NCBI GenBank assembly: GCA_902575815.1
Contig: CACGTA010000001.1
Location: forward strand, 8,147-72,146
Length of the DNA stretch: 64,000 nucleotides
Reading direction: 5' to 3'
Source of the DNA: an uncultured Alphaproteobacteria bacterium
GTDB taxonomy: Bacteria; Pseudomonadota; Alphaproteobacteria; HIMB59; GCA-002718135
Each line of letters begins with the position of its first letter. Position 1 is the stretch's first letter. This document shows positions 9,218 through 18,271 of this stretch, piece after piece. The notes under the pieces were generated by a model that worked only from the letters and a program-made list of their open reading frames with translations, did not search any database and was not told the DNA's origin. The translations under genes were made by a program, and so were the position numbers.

Positions 9218-10030
9218 ATGAAATTTGAAACAAACAAAAAATTTTACCGCACAATTTGGATTTCGGATACCCATCTAGGAACTAGTGGCTGTAAAAGCAA
9301 CATGCTTTTAGAATTCTTAGAAGAAACAGATTCAGAATATTTATTTTTAGTAGGCGACATTGTAGATGGATGGCGCATGCGTAAGAAAATGTATTGGCCA
9401 CAAGAACATAATGACGTTGTTCAAAAAGTTTTAAAGAAAGCGAAAAACGGAACTAAGGTAGTGCTTATTCCAGGAAATCATGATGAAGTATTAAAAGATT
9501 TTACAAATTTTTCTTTTGGAGAAATTTCGATCAAAAATGAAGATACGCATCAATTAGCTGATGGAAGAAAAGTACTTATTACACACGGAGATGAATTTGA
9601 TGCTGTGATCATTAATGCGAGGTGGTTAGCCAAAGTGGGATCAGCACTTTATGAATATTTACTAAAGTTAAATAATGTATTCAATTTTATTCGACGAAAG
9701 ATGGGCTTGTCTTATTGGTCACTGTCTCAATATTTAAAAAAGAAAACTAAGCATGCAACAAACTTTATTAGTAACTTTGAGTTTGCTGTATCTGACAGAG
9801 CTAGAAGAGAAAATGCCGATGTTGTCGTGTGCGGGCATATACATAGACCAGAAATAAAGGAATTAAATGGTGTTCTCTATTGTAATGATGGTGACTGGAT
9901 TGAAAGTTGCACAGCACTCGTTGAAGATGAAATTGGCAATTTATCAATTCTTAATTGGCCCGAAGAAAGAGAAAAATTAAAATTAATTTCTTTTGAAGAA
10001 AGACGAAAAATAAAAGAGGATGCAGCCTAA
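9218..10030 (+). CDS. plcP: Metallophosphoesterase of the PlcP type (phospholipase C for phosphate-stress lipid remodelling), copy 1
   Basis: Calcineurin-like motifs ISDTHLG, GDIVDG, GNHD, HGDEFD and GHIH. It overlaps a GT4 glycosyltransferase, which is the plcP-agt arrangement described for marine heterotrophs. Confidence 0.75.
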   Translation: MKFETNKKFYRTIWISDTHLGTSGCKSNMLLEFLEETDSEYLFLVGDIVDGWRMRKKMYWPQEHNDVVQKVLKKAKNGTKVVLIPGNHDEVLKDFTNFSFGEISIKNEDTHQLADGRKVLITHGDEFDAVIINARWLAKVGSALYEYLLKLNNVFNFIRRKMGLSYWSLSQYLKKKTKHATNFISNFEFAVSDRARRENADVVVCGHIHRPEIKELNGVLYCNDGDWIESCTALVEDEIGNLSILNWPEEREKLKLISFEERRKIKEDAA

Positions 10031-11021
10031 AAAAATCGCGTTAATTAGTGATGCGTGGGTTCCTCAGGTAAATGGCGTAGTTACGACATTTCAAAGCATT
10101 ATACCTATTCTAGAAAAAAAAGGTTTTGAAATTAAAATATTACATCCTGAGATGTTTAATAATTTTAGTTATCCTAGGTACAAAGAAATTAAAATTTCTT
10201 ACAATACTAAAAAAGTTACTGAAAAATTTTTTAAAGAATTTAATCCAGATATTGTTCATATAATGACTGAAGGTCCAGTAGGTTTTGCTGGTCGTAAGTA
10301 CTGTCTTAAAAATAAACTACAATACACTTCTTCCTTTCACACCCGTTTTCCTGACTACATTAAGCAAAGAGCTTTTATCCCAAAGAGATTTACATACTCC
10401 ATATTAAGAAGACTACATAGTGATTCAGAAAGAGTTCTTGTTCCATCAGTTTCAATGCTAAATGAGTTAAAAAAATATGATTTTAAAAATTTAGTAGTTT
10501 GGAATAGAGGTGTTGATACAGAATTATTTAATCCAAATAAAAGAGACACAAACAGTAAAGATAGACAACTGACTTATGTTGGTAGAGTAGCAATTGAAAA
10601 AAATATTGAAGAATTTTTAAATCTTAAAGGAAATTATAATAAAACTGTTGTGGGTGATGGTCCCGAATTACAAAAATATATTTATAAATATCCTGAAGTA
10701 AATTTTGTCGGTGTAAAAACTGGAGATGAACTAGCGAAATATTATGCAAACGCAGATGTATTTGTCTTTCCTTCTAAAACAGACACTTTAGGAAATGTAA
10801 TACTTGAAGCATTGGCTAGTGGAACACCAATTGCTGCATATCCAGTAACCGGGCCCATAGATGTGTTAACAGATGAAAAGATTAACACTTTAGATAATAA
10901 CTTGTTACAATCAGTTAAGAAGGCACTTAAAGTAAAAAGAGTTGATTGTAGAAATTTTACTCTTAAATTAACTTGGGACAAATGTGTGAATGAATTTTTA
11001 GAATTTATGGTAAAAGTTTAG
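10020..11021 (+). CDS. agt: GT4 glycosyltransferase, Agt-like diacylglycerol glycosyltransferase, copy 1
   Basis: N-terminal SDAWVPQVNGVV and C-terminal FVFPSKTDTLGNVILEALASGTP (GT-B, E-x7-E region). It overlaps plcP by 11 nt. Confidence 0.75.
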   Translation: MQPKKIALISDAWVPQVNGVVTTFQSIIPILEKKGFEIKILHPEMFNNFSYPRYKEIKISYNTKKVTEKFFKEFNPDIVHIMTEGPVGFAGRKYCLKNKLQYTSSFHTRFPDYIKQRAFIPKRFTYSILRRLHSDSERVLVPSVSMLNELKKYDFKNLVVWNRGVDTELFNPNKRDTNSKDRQLTYVGRVAIEKNIEEFLNLKGNYNKTVVGDGPELQKYIYKYPEVNFVGVKTGDELAKYYANADVFVFPSKTDTLGNVILEALASGTPIAAYPVTGPIDVLTDEKINTLDNNLLQSVKKALKVKRVDCRNFTLKLTWDKCVNEFLEFMVKV

Positions 11022-11041
11022 TTATTTAGGATAATTTTATA

Positions 11042-11698
11042 GTGACATTTTCTTTAAGACAAAAAATACTAGCAGAATTTATCGGGACATATTTTCTTGT
11101 ACTAACAGTTGTAGGTAGTGGAATTATGGGAGAGTTAATGTCAAATGACCTTGGTATAATATTACTAGGAAACACTATTGCAACAGGTGCCATTTTATAT
11201 GTAATTATTTCTATGTTTATTAATATCTCAGGAGCGTACTTTAATCCTGCTGTTGTATTAAGTGATATTATCCAAAAAAATATTCCTATTAATTACGGAA
11301 TAATTTTTATTTTTACTCAGATTATTGCTGGTATATTTGGTTGTTTAACTGCAAATTGGTATTTTGAATATCCTATAATTGAATGGTCACTCAATGAAAG
11401 AGTTGGGGTATTTAAATTCTTTTCAGAAATAATTGCAACTGTTGGATTATTATTAACTATTTTTATATTAAAAGAGGTAAACAAGGAAAGAATAGCTATT
11501 GGTGTAGCTCTATTTATTACCGCAGGATATTGGTTTACTTCATCAACAAGTTTTGCAAATCCAGCAGTAACTATAGGAAGAATGTTTACAGATAGCTTTA
11601 GTGGGATAAGTCCATCAAGTGTTCTAGGTTTTATTTTAGCTCAGATTATTGGTGCTCTTATTGCTACAGTTATTGTTAGATTGTTTTTTAAAAATTAG
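11042..11698 (+). CDS. MIP-family channel (aquaporin/aquaglyceroporin)
   Basis: Two NPA boxes (YFNPAV and FANPAVT) and six predicted helices. It has a GTG start 20 nt after agt and looks co-transcribed with it. Confidence 0.85.
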   Translation: MTFSLRQKILAEFIGTYFLVLTVVGSGIMGELMSNDLGIILLGNTIATGAILYVIISMFINISGAYFNPAVVLSDIIQKNIPINYGIIFIFTQIIAGIFGCLTANWYFEYPIIEWSLNERVGVFKFFSEIIATVGLLLTIFILKEVNKERIAIGVALFITAGYWFTSSTSFANPAVTIGRMFTDSFSGISPSSVLGFILAQIIGALIATVIVRLFFKN

Positions 11699-12600
11699 TT
11701 CAACATATTGTACAAGTAGCCTTCACGGATTCCATATCTTACAAAAATAATATTTTTAATGTTATAAAATGAAGCAAGGCTAAATAAAATATATGTAGAT
11801 AATTTTAATTTATCTAATCGATTGGGTTGGACAACATTCAATTTTTGAATTTGTTTTTTTTCCATAGAGTATAATTTGTGATAAAATATTTCTAACTCTG
11901 AAAATGGTATCATGTACCCATGTAATTTATTTTTCTTGATTCCATTTAGGTGCAAATGAAGTTTTGCAAGATTGCGCCACATGCCTCCAATAACATAAAT
12001 ATTTCCTACGTTTTTAGAAAATTTAAGAGATTGGTTTTTAAATTTAGAAAATAAAAAATTATCAAATTTAATTTTAGTAGTTTTGTACATATCAGATTCA
12101 CTTCTTAAGATGCCAATTTTTAAACTTTTAGTTTCAAGTATGTTTTCATTTTTTATAGTACTAAGTTCTAAACTTCCACCTCCCAAGTCAGCAACTAAAC
12201 CGATTGGATTTTTTATTGAACTAATTACACCTAGGGATCCGCATTTAGCCTCATTTTTTGGTGAGAGCACTTCTACTCTAACTGACTTTTTTTTCTTGAA
12301 GGGTTCAATAATTTCTTTTCCATTTATTGTTTCACGAATTGCGGCCGTTGCAATTATATGAATATCTGAGGACTCATAATCTTTTGCAATCTTAATATAT
12401 TCTTCTAAGCATTTTATAGCTTCTTTTATTTTTATCGATGGGAGTTTACCTGTTTTAATATTTTCACCTAATTTTAAGAATTCTCTTTTTTGATAAAGTA
12501 TTGGAAAAGGATGAATAGCTTGCGCGTATATAACTAGTCTAAATGTATTAGAGCCTAGATCAATAACTGTTATGGGATTTTTATTTTTCTTTTTAGCCAT
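11695..12600 (-). CDS. ppx: Ppx/GppA-family exopolyphosphatase (short form)
   Basis: N-terminal VIDLGSNTFRLVIY and DLGGGSLE actin-like ATPase-fold motifs. Confidence 0.8.
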   Translation of the reverse strand: MAKKKNKNPITVIDLGSNTFRLVIYAQAIHPFPILYQKREFLKLGENIKTGKLPSIKIKEAIKCLEEYIKIAKDYESSDIHIIATAAIRETINGKEIIEPFKKKKSVRVEVLSPKNEAKCGSLGVISSIKNPIGLVADLGGGSLELSTIKNENILETKSLKIGILRSESDMYKTTKIKFDNFLFSKFKNQSLKFSKNVGNIYVIGGMWRNLAKLHLHLNGIKKNKLHGYMIPFSELEIFYHKLYSMEKKQIQKLNVVQPNRLDKLKLSTYILFSLASFYNIKNIIFVRYGIREGYLYNMLN

Positions 12601-12632
12601 GGAAATGTATACATCTAAAGTATTAAACTCGA

Positions 12633-13091
12633 ATGCTACAAGTCTATTTATTACGTCACGCCAAATCTAGTTGGGATAATTTAGAACTTGATGACATTGA
12701 TAGGCCGCTGAATAAAAGAGGTATGAGAAACGCAAAACAATTTTCTAAAATATTAGATAAAAGAAAATTTCAAATTAATCAGATAATATGTTCTCCTTCT
12801 AAAAGAACAACTAGCACATATGATATAATTTCTAATTCATTTGATCGCTCAGTAAAATTTACAATTGATAACGATATTTATGAATGCCCACCAAATATAC
12901 TTGTAAGAAAAATTAAAAAATTAAAAAAAAATACTCTTATCATTGGACACAACCCTAGTTTGATAGAATCAATTAATATTTTATGTAATTCAAATATTGA
13001 ACATTTTCCAACCTGTGCTTTTGCTATAATATCCTTTAAAAATAGCTGGACTATTGATAAAATTTTAAAACCAAAAAATAAAAATTATTAA
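12633..13091 (+). CDS. Histidine phosphatase superfamily protein, SixA-like
   Basis: RHAKS (RHG-type) motif at the N-terminus and a later IIGHNP motif. It is 152 aa and lies upstream of ppk. Confidence 0.7.
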   Translation: MLQVYLLRHAKSSWDNLELDDIDRPLNKRGMRNAKQFSKILDKRKFQINQIICSPSKRTTSTYDIISNSFDRSVKFTIDNDIYECPPNILVRKIKKLKKNTLIIGHNPSLIESINILCNSNIEHFPTCAFAIISFKNSWTIDKILKPKNKNY

Positions 13092-13151
13092 AGAAATATG
13101 AATTTTTTATGAACATGTTTTTTTTATACCTAAAAAATATAAAAAAAAATT

Positions 13152-15251
13152 ATGTTAAAAAAAAATACCACTTATAACTATGCAAACAGGGAATTGTCTT
13201 GGCTAAAATTCAATGAAAGAGTCTTAAGTCAGACATCTGATAGTAAAATTCCACTTTTAGAAAGGGTTAGATTTTTATCAATAGCATTCTCTAATTTAGA
13301 TGAATTTTTTATGGTTAGAGTAGCAGGATTGAATGTTCAAAAATTTTCACGACATAAAAGTTTTGATGGATTAACACCACAACAACAACTCAAGCTGATA
13401 GATAAAGAAACATCGAAGATGATTTCAAATATAAAATCAATATGGATAGATTTACTAAGAGAGCTTTCAGAAAACAAAATCCATATAGATGTAGAAAAAA
13501 CACTGAAAACAAAAGATAAAACATTTATTAAAAATTATTTAGAAGAAAATAATTTGGGAGTTTTAACGCCAATTATTATTGATCCATCTCACCCATTTCC
13601 TTTTATACCAAATAAAGAAACAACCTTAGTATGTCGTTTAATAAATAATAAAAAAACTTTTTATGGAATACTGAGAGTGCCAGAGGGATTAGAAAAATTT
13701 ATTAAATTACCTGGTAAAAAAACACGTTTTGTATCTATGGAGACAGCCCTACTTATTTCTCTAAAAGAAATTTTCCAGTGTGATAGGGTTTTGGATAAAG
13801 GTGTTTTTAGACCAATTAGGAATAGTGAATTAGAATTAGGTGGTGAGGGAGAAGATTTATTTTTAGTATTTCAAAAAGCTATTTTTGAGAGAAGAAGACA
13901 AGAGGTAATAAGAATTGATTTTGATGAAAGTATATCTAGTCACTTAATTAAATTCATAAATAAAAAACTTAACTATAAGGATGTAAATACATATAAACTG
14001 CCAATACCCGTTAATCTTTCGAGTATAGAGTCAATTTTTTTGAAAGATTTTAAAAAATTATTTTTTCCAAAATTTAAGGTACGATTTCCTGAAAGAATTA
14101 AAGATTTTAAAAATGATTATTTTAAAGCTATAGCAAATAAAGATATTGTTATTCATCACCCTTTTGAATCTTTTGAAGTAGTGACTCAGTTTATTGATCA
14201 AGCTGCAGATGACCCAAAAGTCTTATCAATAAAACATACTTTATACCGAACTACTGATGACTCACCAATAGAAGCAAGTTTAGTTAGAGCAGCACAAAAA
14301 GGAAAATTAGTAACTGTCATTATAGAGTTGCAAGCACGTTTTGATGAAGAGCGTAACTTAAAATGGGCAAAAGAATTAGAATTAGCTGGAGCGCAAGTTG
14401 TTTTTGGCAATATTGATATGAAAACTCATGCAAAAATTACACTTGTAACAAGGAAGCAAATGAATTCTGTTGTAAATTACGCACATTATGGAACAGGTAA
14501 TTATCACCCAAGAAATGCAAGAGTTTATATGGATTTATCTTACTTCACCTGCGACAAAACATTAACAAATGATGCTGCAAAAATGTTTAATTATTTAACT
14601 AGTTATTCAGAACCAACCACAATAAAAAAAATAGTATATTCTCCAATAACTGCAAGAAACAAATTAAATGAACTAATTAGAAATGAAATTACAAATGCTG
14701 GAAAAAATAAGCCATCTGGAATAGTATGTAAGTGTAATTCTCTTGTTGATAAACAAATTATTGATGAATTTTATAAAGCATCTCAAAAAAATGTAAAAAT
14801 TGAATTGTTGATAAGAGGAATTTGCTCTCTAATACCTGGTAAAGAAAATCTATCGGAAAATATAGTTGTTAAAAGTATAATTGGTCGTTTTTTAGAACAT
14901 ACGAGAATATATTGTTTTTATAACGGTCATAAATTCCCTCATAGAAAAAATATCTTGTTTATTTCTTCTGCCGATTTAATGCAAAGAAATCTAGATAGGC
15001 GGGTTGAAACATTCATCCCTATTGAAAATGAAACTGTACATGAACAAATATTAAATCAGATCTTAATTGCCAGTATGGCAGATAATACAAATTCTTGGCA
15101 AATGTTGAGTAATGGCAATTATCAGAAAAAAGAAATATCAAGCAAAGAAAAAAAATTTTCCTCTCACAATTTTTTTATCAAAAATCCAAGCTTGTCTGGG
15201 AGGGGTTCAGCAAAACTCAAATCTAGAGCTAAGTCTAATTTAAAAATTTGA
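13152..15251 (+). CDS. ppk: Polyphosphate kinase 1
   Basis: 699 aa with N-terminal NRELSWL.FN.RVL, the IVIHHPFESF and KTHAK motifs, and two PLD-like C-terminal domains. Confidence 0.95.
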   Translation: MLKKNTTYNYANRELSWLKFNERVLSQTSDSKIPLLERVRFLSIAFSNLDEFFMVRVAGLNVQKFSRHKSFDGLTPQQQLKLIDKETSKMISNIKSIWIDLLRELSENKIHIDVEKTLKTKDKTFIKNYLEENNLGVLTPIIIDPSHPFPFIPNKETTLVCRLINNKKTFYGILRVPEGLEKFIKLPGKKTRFVSMETALLISLKEIFQCDRVLDKGVFRPIRNSELELGGEGEDLFLVFQKAIFERRRQEVIRIDFDESISSHLIKFINKKLNYKDVNTYKLPIPVNLSSIESIFLKDFKKLFFPKFKVRFPERIKDFKNDYFKAIANKDIVIHHPFESFEVVTQFIDQAADDPKVLSIKHTLYRTTDDSPIEASLVRAAQKGKLVTVIIELQARFDEERNLKWAKELELAGAQVVFGNIDMKTHAKITLVTRKQMNSVVNYAHYGTGNYHPRNARVYMDLSYFTCDKTLTNDAAKMFNYLTSYSEPTTIKKIVYSPITARNKLNELIRNEITNAGKNKPSGIVCKCNSLVDKQIIDEFYKASQKNVKIELLIRGICSLIPGKENLSENIVVKSIIGRFLEHTRIYCFYNGHKFPHRKNILFISSADLMQRNLDRRVETFIPIENETVHEQILNQILIASMADNTNSWQMLSNGNYQKKEISSKEKKFSSHNFFIKNPSLSGRGSAKLKSRAKSNLKI

Positions 15252-15266
15252 AAATGGAATTTAATC

Positions 15267-15315
15267 CCACTCACAATAATTGGACATAAGCAGGAAGAAA
15301 TAATACTGCGAGTGG
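15267..15315. terminator. Long hairpin inside repeat copy 1, between convergent ppk and agt2; possible bidirectional terminator
   Basis: CCACTCACA ... TGCGAGTGG (9 bp, one G-U on one strand), extended by AATAAT/ATTATT-type pairs. The T-rich tracts are not immediately adjacent. Confidence 0.35.
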
Positions 15316-15394
15316 TAAGATGTAATTAAATTTTATTTTTTACAGACGTGTTAATAGAATATTAAATTTTTATAAATTAAACTAATTTTTTAAT

Positions 15395-15458
15395 TTATTG
15401 GTTTTCAAATAAATTTTTTAGTTCCTTCAATTTTTGAAAATTGAATCTCTTACTTCTT
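15395..15458 (-). pseudogene. Decayed fragment of the arsC 3-prime end
   Basis: This stretch aligns to the last ~20 codons of arsC (18409-18469). A 1-nt deletion breaks the frame (ATTTTCAAAAATTGAAGG versus ATTTTTGATAAATTGAAAG). No upstream coding part is present. Confidence 0.55.
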
Positions 15459-15477
15459 AGTAACTATAATTTTAAAA

Positions 15478-16473
15478 TTAATTTTTTGCATTTACAACAT
15501 TTGATAGAAATTGATTTGCACATTTATCCCAAGTAAATTGCATTGCAAATTTTCTACAATCTTTTCTATCAATCTTTAAGGCTTTATTAAGTGAGTTTTC
15601 AATATTATTATCAAGGCTATCAATTAATGAGTTTTTTAAAATATCTTTAGGACCTGTTACTGGGTACGCAGCCACTGGTGTGCCAGAGGCTAAAGACTCT
15701 AAAATTACATTTCCAAATGTATCTGTTTTGGATGGGAATACCAATGCTTCAGCATTTGCATAATAGTTTGCTAGGTCTTGACCTTTTTTCATCCCAACGA
15801 AAGACACATATGGATATTTATTTTGTAATCGTTGCTTTTCTGGACCATCTCCAACAACAATTTTATGCATCTTAGTTCTTATTTCTAAAAACGCTTCGAT
15901 GTTTTTTTCTAATGAAACCCTACCAATGTAAACAATATACTTTTTCATTCCCTTTTTTCTTTTTAAAGGATTAAATAATTCAGTATTAACTCCCCTTGAC
16001 CAAATTTTAAGATTTTGAAATTGATATTTAGTTAATTCGTTACGCATAGATATTGTTGGAACCAATACATTACATGCATTTTTATGAAAATTTTTTAAAA
16101 AAGAGTACCCAATTATTTTTGGTATCATTATTCTTTGCTCTAAATATTCTGGAAATCTCGTATGAAAAGAGGTTGTATATCTCAACTTATTATTCTCACA
16201 GAATTTTTTCCCCGCAATTCCAACTGGTCCTTCAGTGGCAATATGTATAACATCTGGATCATAATCACCAAAAAATTTTTCTGTTATTTTTTTTGTATTA
16301 ATTGCTATTTTTATTTCCTTATACCAAGGATAACTAAAATTAGTAAACATCATTGGGTGGAGTACTTCAATTTGATACTTTTGTTTTAAAAATGGATTAA
16401 TATGTTGGTATGTATTTACCACACCATTAACTTGGGGAAGCCAAGCATCGGTAATGATCGCTAATTTTTTCAC
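15478..16473 (-). CDS. agt: GT4 glycosyltransferase, Agt-like, copy 2
   Basis: 331 aa and collinear with copy 1 (TDAWLPQVNGVV...FPSKTDTFGNVILESLASGTP). It is roughly two-thirds identical by eye. Confidence 0.75.
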   Translation of the reverse strand: MKKLAIITDAWLPQVNGVVNTYQHINPFLKQKYQIEVLHPMMFTNFSYPWYKEIKIAINTKKITEKFFGDYDPDVIHIATEGPVGIAGKKFCENNKLRYTTSFHTRFPEYLEQRIMIPKIIGYSFLKNFHKNACNVLVPTISMRNELTKYQFQNLKIWSRGVNTELFNPLKRKKGMKKYIVYIGRVSLEKNIEAFLEIRTKMHKIVVGDGPEKQRLQNKYPYVSFVGMKKGQDLANYYANAEALVFPSKTDTFGNVILESLASGTPVAAYPVTGPKDILKNSLIDSLDNNIENSLNKALKIDRKDCRKFAMQFTWDKCANQFLSNVVNAKN

Positions 16474-17276
16474 ACTAATACACTTTCTGCTAGTTTGTTA
16501 TGTTTATGTTGAAAAATTTTTTCTCTTTCAATTGACCAGTCAATAAGGGATAATTGTCCCTCATTATTTTCCACTAGCGCAGAACAACTCTCAACCCAAT
16601 CACCATCATTGCAATATAAAACTCCATTTAATTTTTTTATAATGGGCTTATGAATATGGCCGCACACAACAACATCAGCATTTGCTCTTTTAGCACTATC
16701 AGATACGGCAAACTCAAAGTTAGAAATAAAATTCGTGGCTCTTTTTGTTTGATGTTTGAGAAATTGAGATAATGACCAATAAGATAGACCTAGTTTTCTT
16801 CTGACAAAATTTAGATAGTTATTCAACTTTAATATAAATTCGTATAGAGATGACCCAATACTTGCCAGCCATTTAGCGTTTAATATAACTGCATCAAATT
16901 CATCACCATGTAAAACAAGGGCATTTCTTCCATCAGCTAATTTGTGTGTAAACTTATTTTTTATTGATATATTCCCTAGTGAAAAACTTGTGTAACTTTT
17001 CACAAGTTCGTCATGATTACCTGGGATAAATATTACTTTTGTACCTTTTCTTGCTTTACGCAAAATCTTCTGGATAATGTCATTATGAGTTTGATGCCAA
17101 TAAATTTTTTTTTTCATTCTCCATGCATCAATAATATCGCCAACTAAAAATAAATATTTTGAATCTGTTGATCTCAAAAATTCAAGAAGCATTTCACTCT
17201 TGCTATTTTCTGTTCCAAGATGAAGATCAGATATCCATATAGTTCTATAATATGAAACTGATTGCTGATCTTTCAT
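16470..17276 (-). CDS. plcP: PlcP-type metallophosphoesterase, copy 2
   Basis: It carries the same motif set as copy 1 (ISDLHLG, GDIIDA, GNHD, HGDEFD, GHIH). It overlaps agt2 by 4 nt. Confidence 0.75.
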   Translation of the reverse strand: MKDQQSVSYYRTIWISDLHLGTENSKSEMLLEFLRSTDSKYLFLVGDIIDAWRMKKKIYWHQTHNDIIQKILRKARKGTKVIFIPGNHDELVKSYTSFSLGNISIKNKFTHKLADGRNALVLHGDEFDAVILNAKWLASIGSSLYEFILKLNNYLNFVRRKLGLSYWSLSQFLKHQTKRATNFISNFEFAVSDSAKRANADVVVCGHIHKPIIKKLNGVLYCNDGDWVESCSALVENNEGQLSLIDWSIEREKIFQHKHNKLAESVLV

Positions 17277-17302
17277 TTTATTAATAAATAATAGAAAGAA
17301 TT

Positions 17303-17320
17303 TGTTAAAATTTTATTTCA
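17303..17320 (-). promoter_or_regulatory. Pho-box-like phased heptamer pair upstream of plcP copy 2
   Basis: The minus strand reads TGAAATA-AAAT-TTTAACA, then 9 nt, then TATTAT (-10-like), then 11 nt to the ATG. Confidence 0.4.
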
Positions 17321-17354
17321 ATTACATTAACTAAATTTTTTTTTTACAGAAGTA

Positions 17355-18197
17355 TTAATTAAATATTGAGTTTTTATTACTTGGATCTAATCTATAAGTG
17401 CTATTCCTTAAAAATTTTGTAATCTCAATAAGATTGCCAATTTCTTTTATGGTTTCAAAGGGTATTCTTTGTCCAATGTGAACATCAATTTTTTTTCCCA
17501 TTCTTCTTTTAAGTTCATATATCATTAAAGAATATCGAAAGACTTGCCCAATTTTATCAGCAACATGAAAAAGTTCACTATTTTGTCCTTCAAAAAAAAT
17601 TGGGAGGACAGGTGATTGAGTTTTCATTATTATTTTTGAAGTAAATTGTTTCCATTCACGATCTATTGCTTTGATTCCTTTTTTTAATTTTGGTTTCGTT
17701 GAAACTGATCCTGATGGAAAAATGATTAGTGCCCCATTATTTCTTAAGTGTTCTTCGCATTCTTTACGTGCAGCGATATTATTTATTAAAGCATTTCTAT
17801 TTTTTGAAAAATCAAGAGGAATAATTTTATTCTTAATAAGATCTGCTCCTTGTAAAACTTTATGCGTAATAATTTTGTAATCTTGTCTAATTTTACTAAT
17901 TAAAGAGCATATTGTAAGACCATCAGCTATTCCAAATGCATGGTTAGCGATTACTACAAGTTTGCCATTTTTAGGAATATTACTTTTAGAATGATAATGT
18001 GTCTGAACACGGAGACCTAATCTTTCAATTGCATCATGCCAAAAATTCTCTGGAGGTAAATTTTCTCTTAAATAATCCTCATACAACTTACGTAACTTAA
18101 TTTTACCCGTTCCCAATTCGGTTAATTGAATAATAATCTTTCCAACAGGATTAACTTCGGAGTTAGAAAAGGTAAGCGCTGGTTTATTAATTTTCAT
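17355..18197 (-). CDS. Lysophospholipid acyltransferase family protein (PlsC/OlsA-like)
   Basis: H-x4-D motif NHAFGIADG and the FPSGSVS block. It is 280 aa and co-directional with plcP2-agt2. Confidence 0.7.
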   Translation of the reverse strand: MKINKPALTFSNSEVNPVGKIIIQLTELGTGKIKLRKLYEDYLRENLPPENFWHDAIERLGLRVQTHYHSKSNIPKNGKLVVIANHAFGIADGLTICSLISKIRQDYKIITHKVLQGADLIKNKIIPLDFSKNRNALINNIAARKECEEHLRNNGALIIFPSGSVSTKPKLKKGIKAIDREWKQFTSKIIMKTQSPVLPIFFEGQNSELFHVADKIGQVFRYSLMIYELKRRMGKKIDVHIGQRIPFETIKEIGNLIEITKFLRNSTYRLDPSNKNSIFN

Positions 18198-18227
18198 AAA
18201 ATTTACTTTAAATTCTTAATTTTATAA

Positions 18228-18245
18228 TGTTAAACAATTGTTAAA
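18228..18245 (-). promoter_or_regulatory. Pho-box-like perfect heptamer pair upstream of the acyltransferase
   Basis: The minus strand reads TTTAACA-ATTG-TTTAACA and ends 30 nt upstream of the ATG. Confidence 0.45.
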
Positions 18246-18271
18246 GTACTCGAAAAAGGAGAAATAAAAAA

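Larger units (their letters stand above)
15261..15458. repeat. Direct repeat copy 1 (~198 bp, roughly 85 percent identical by eye to 18272-18469)
   Basis: Hand alignment with copy 2 starts at TTAATCCCACTCACAAT and ends at ATTGAATCTCTTACTTCT, in the same orientation. Confidence 0.85.
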
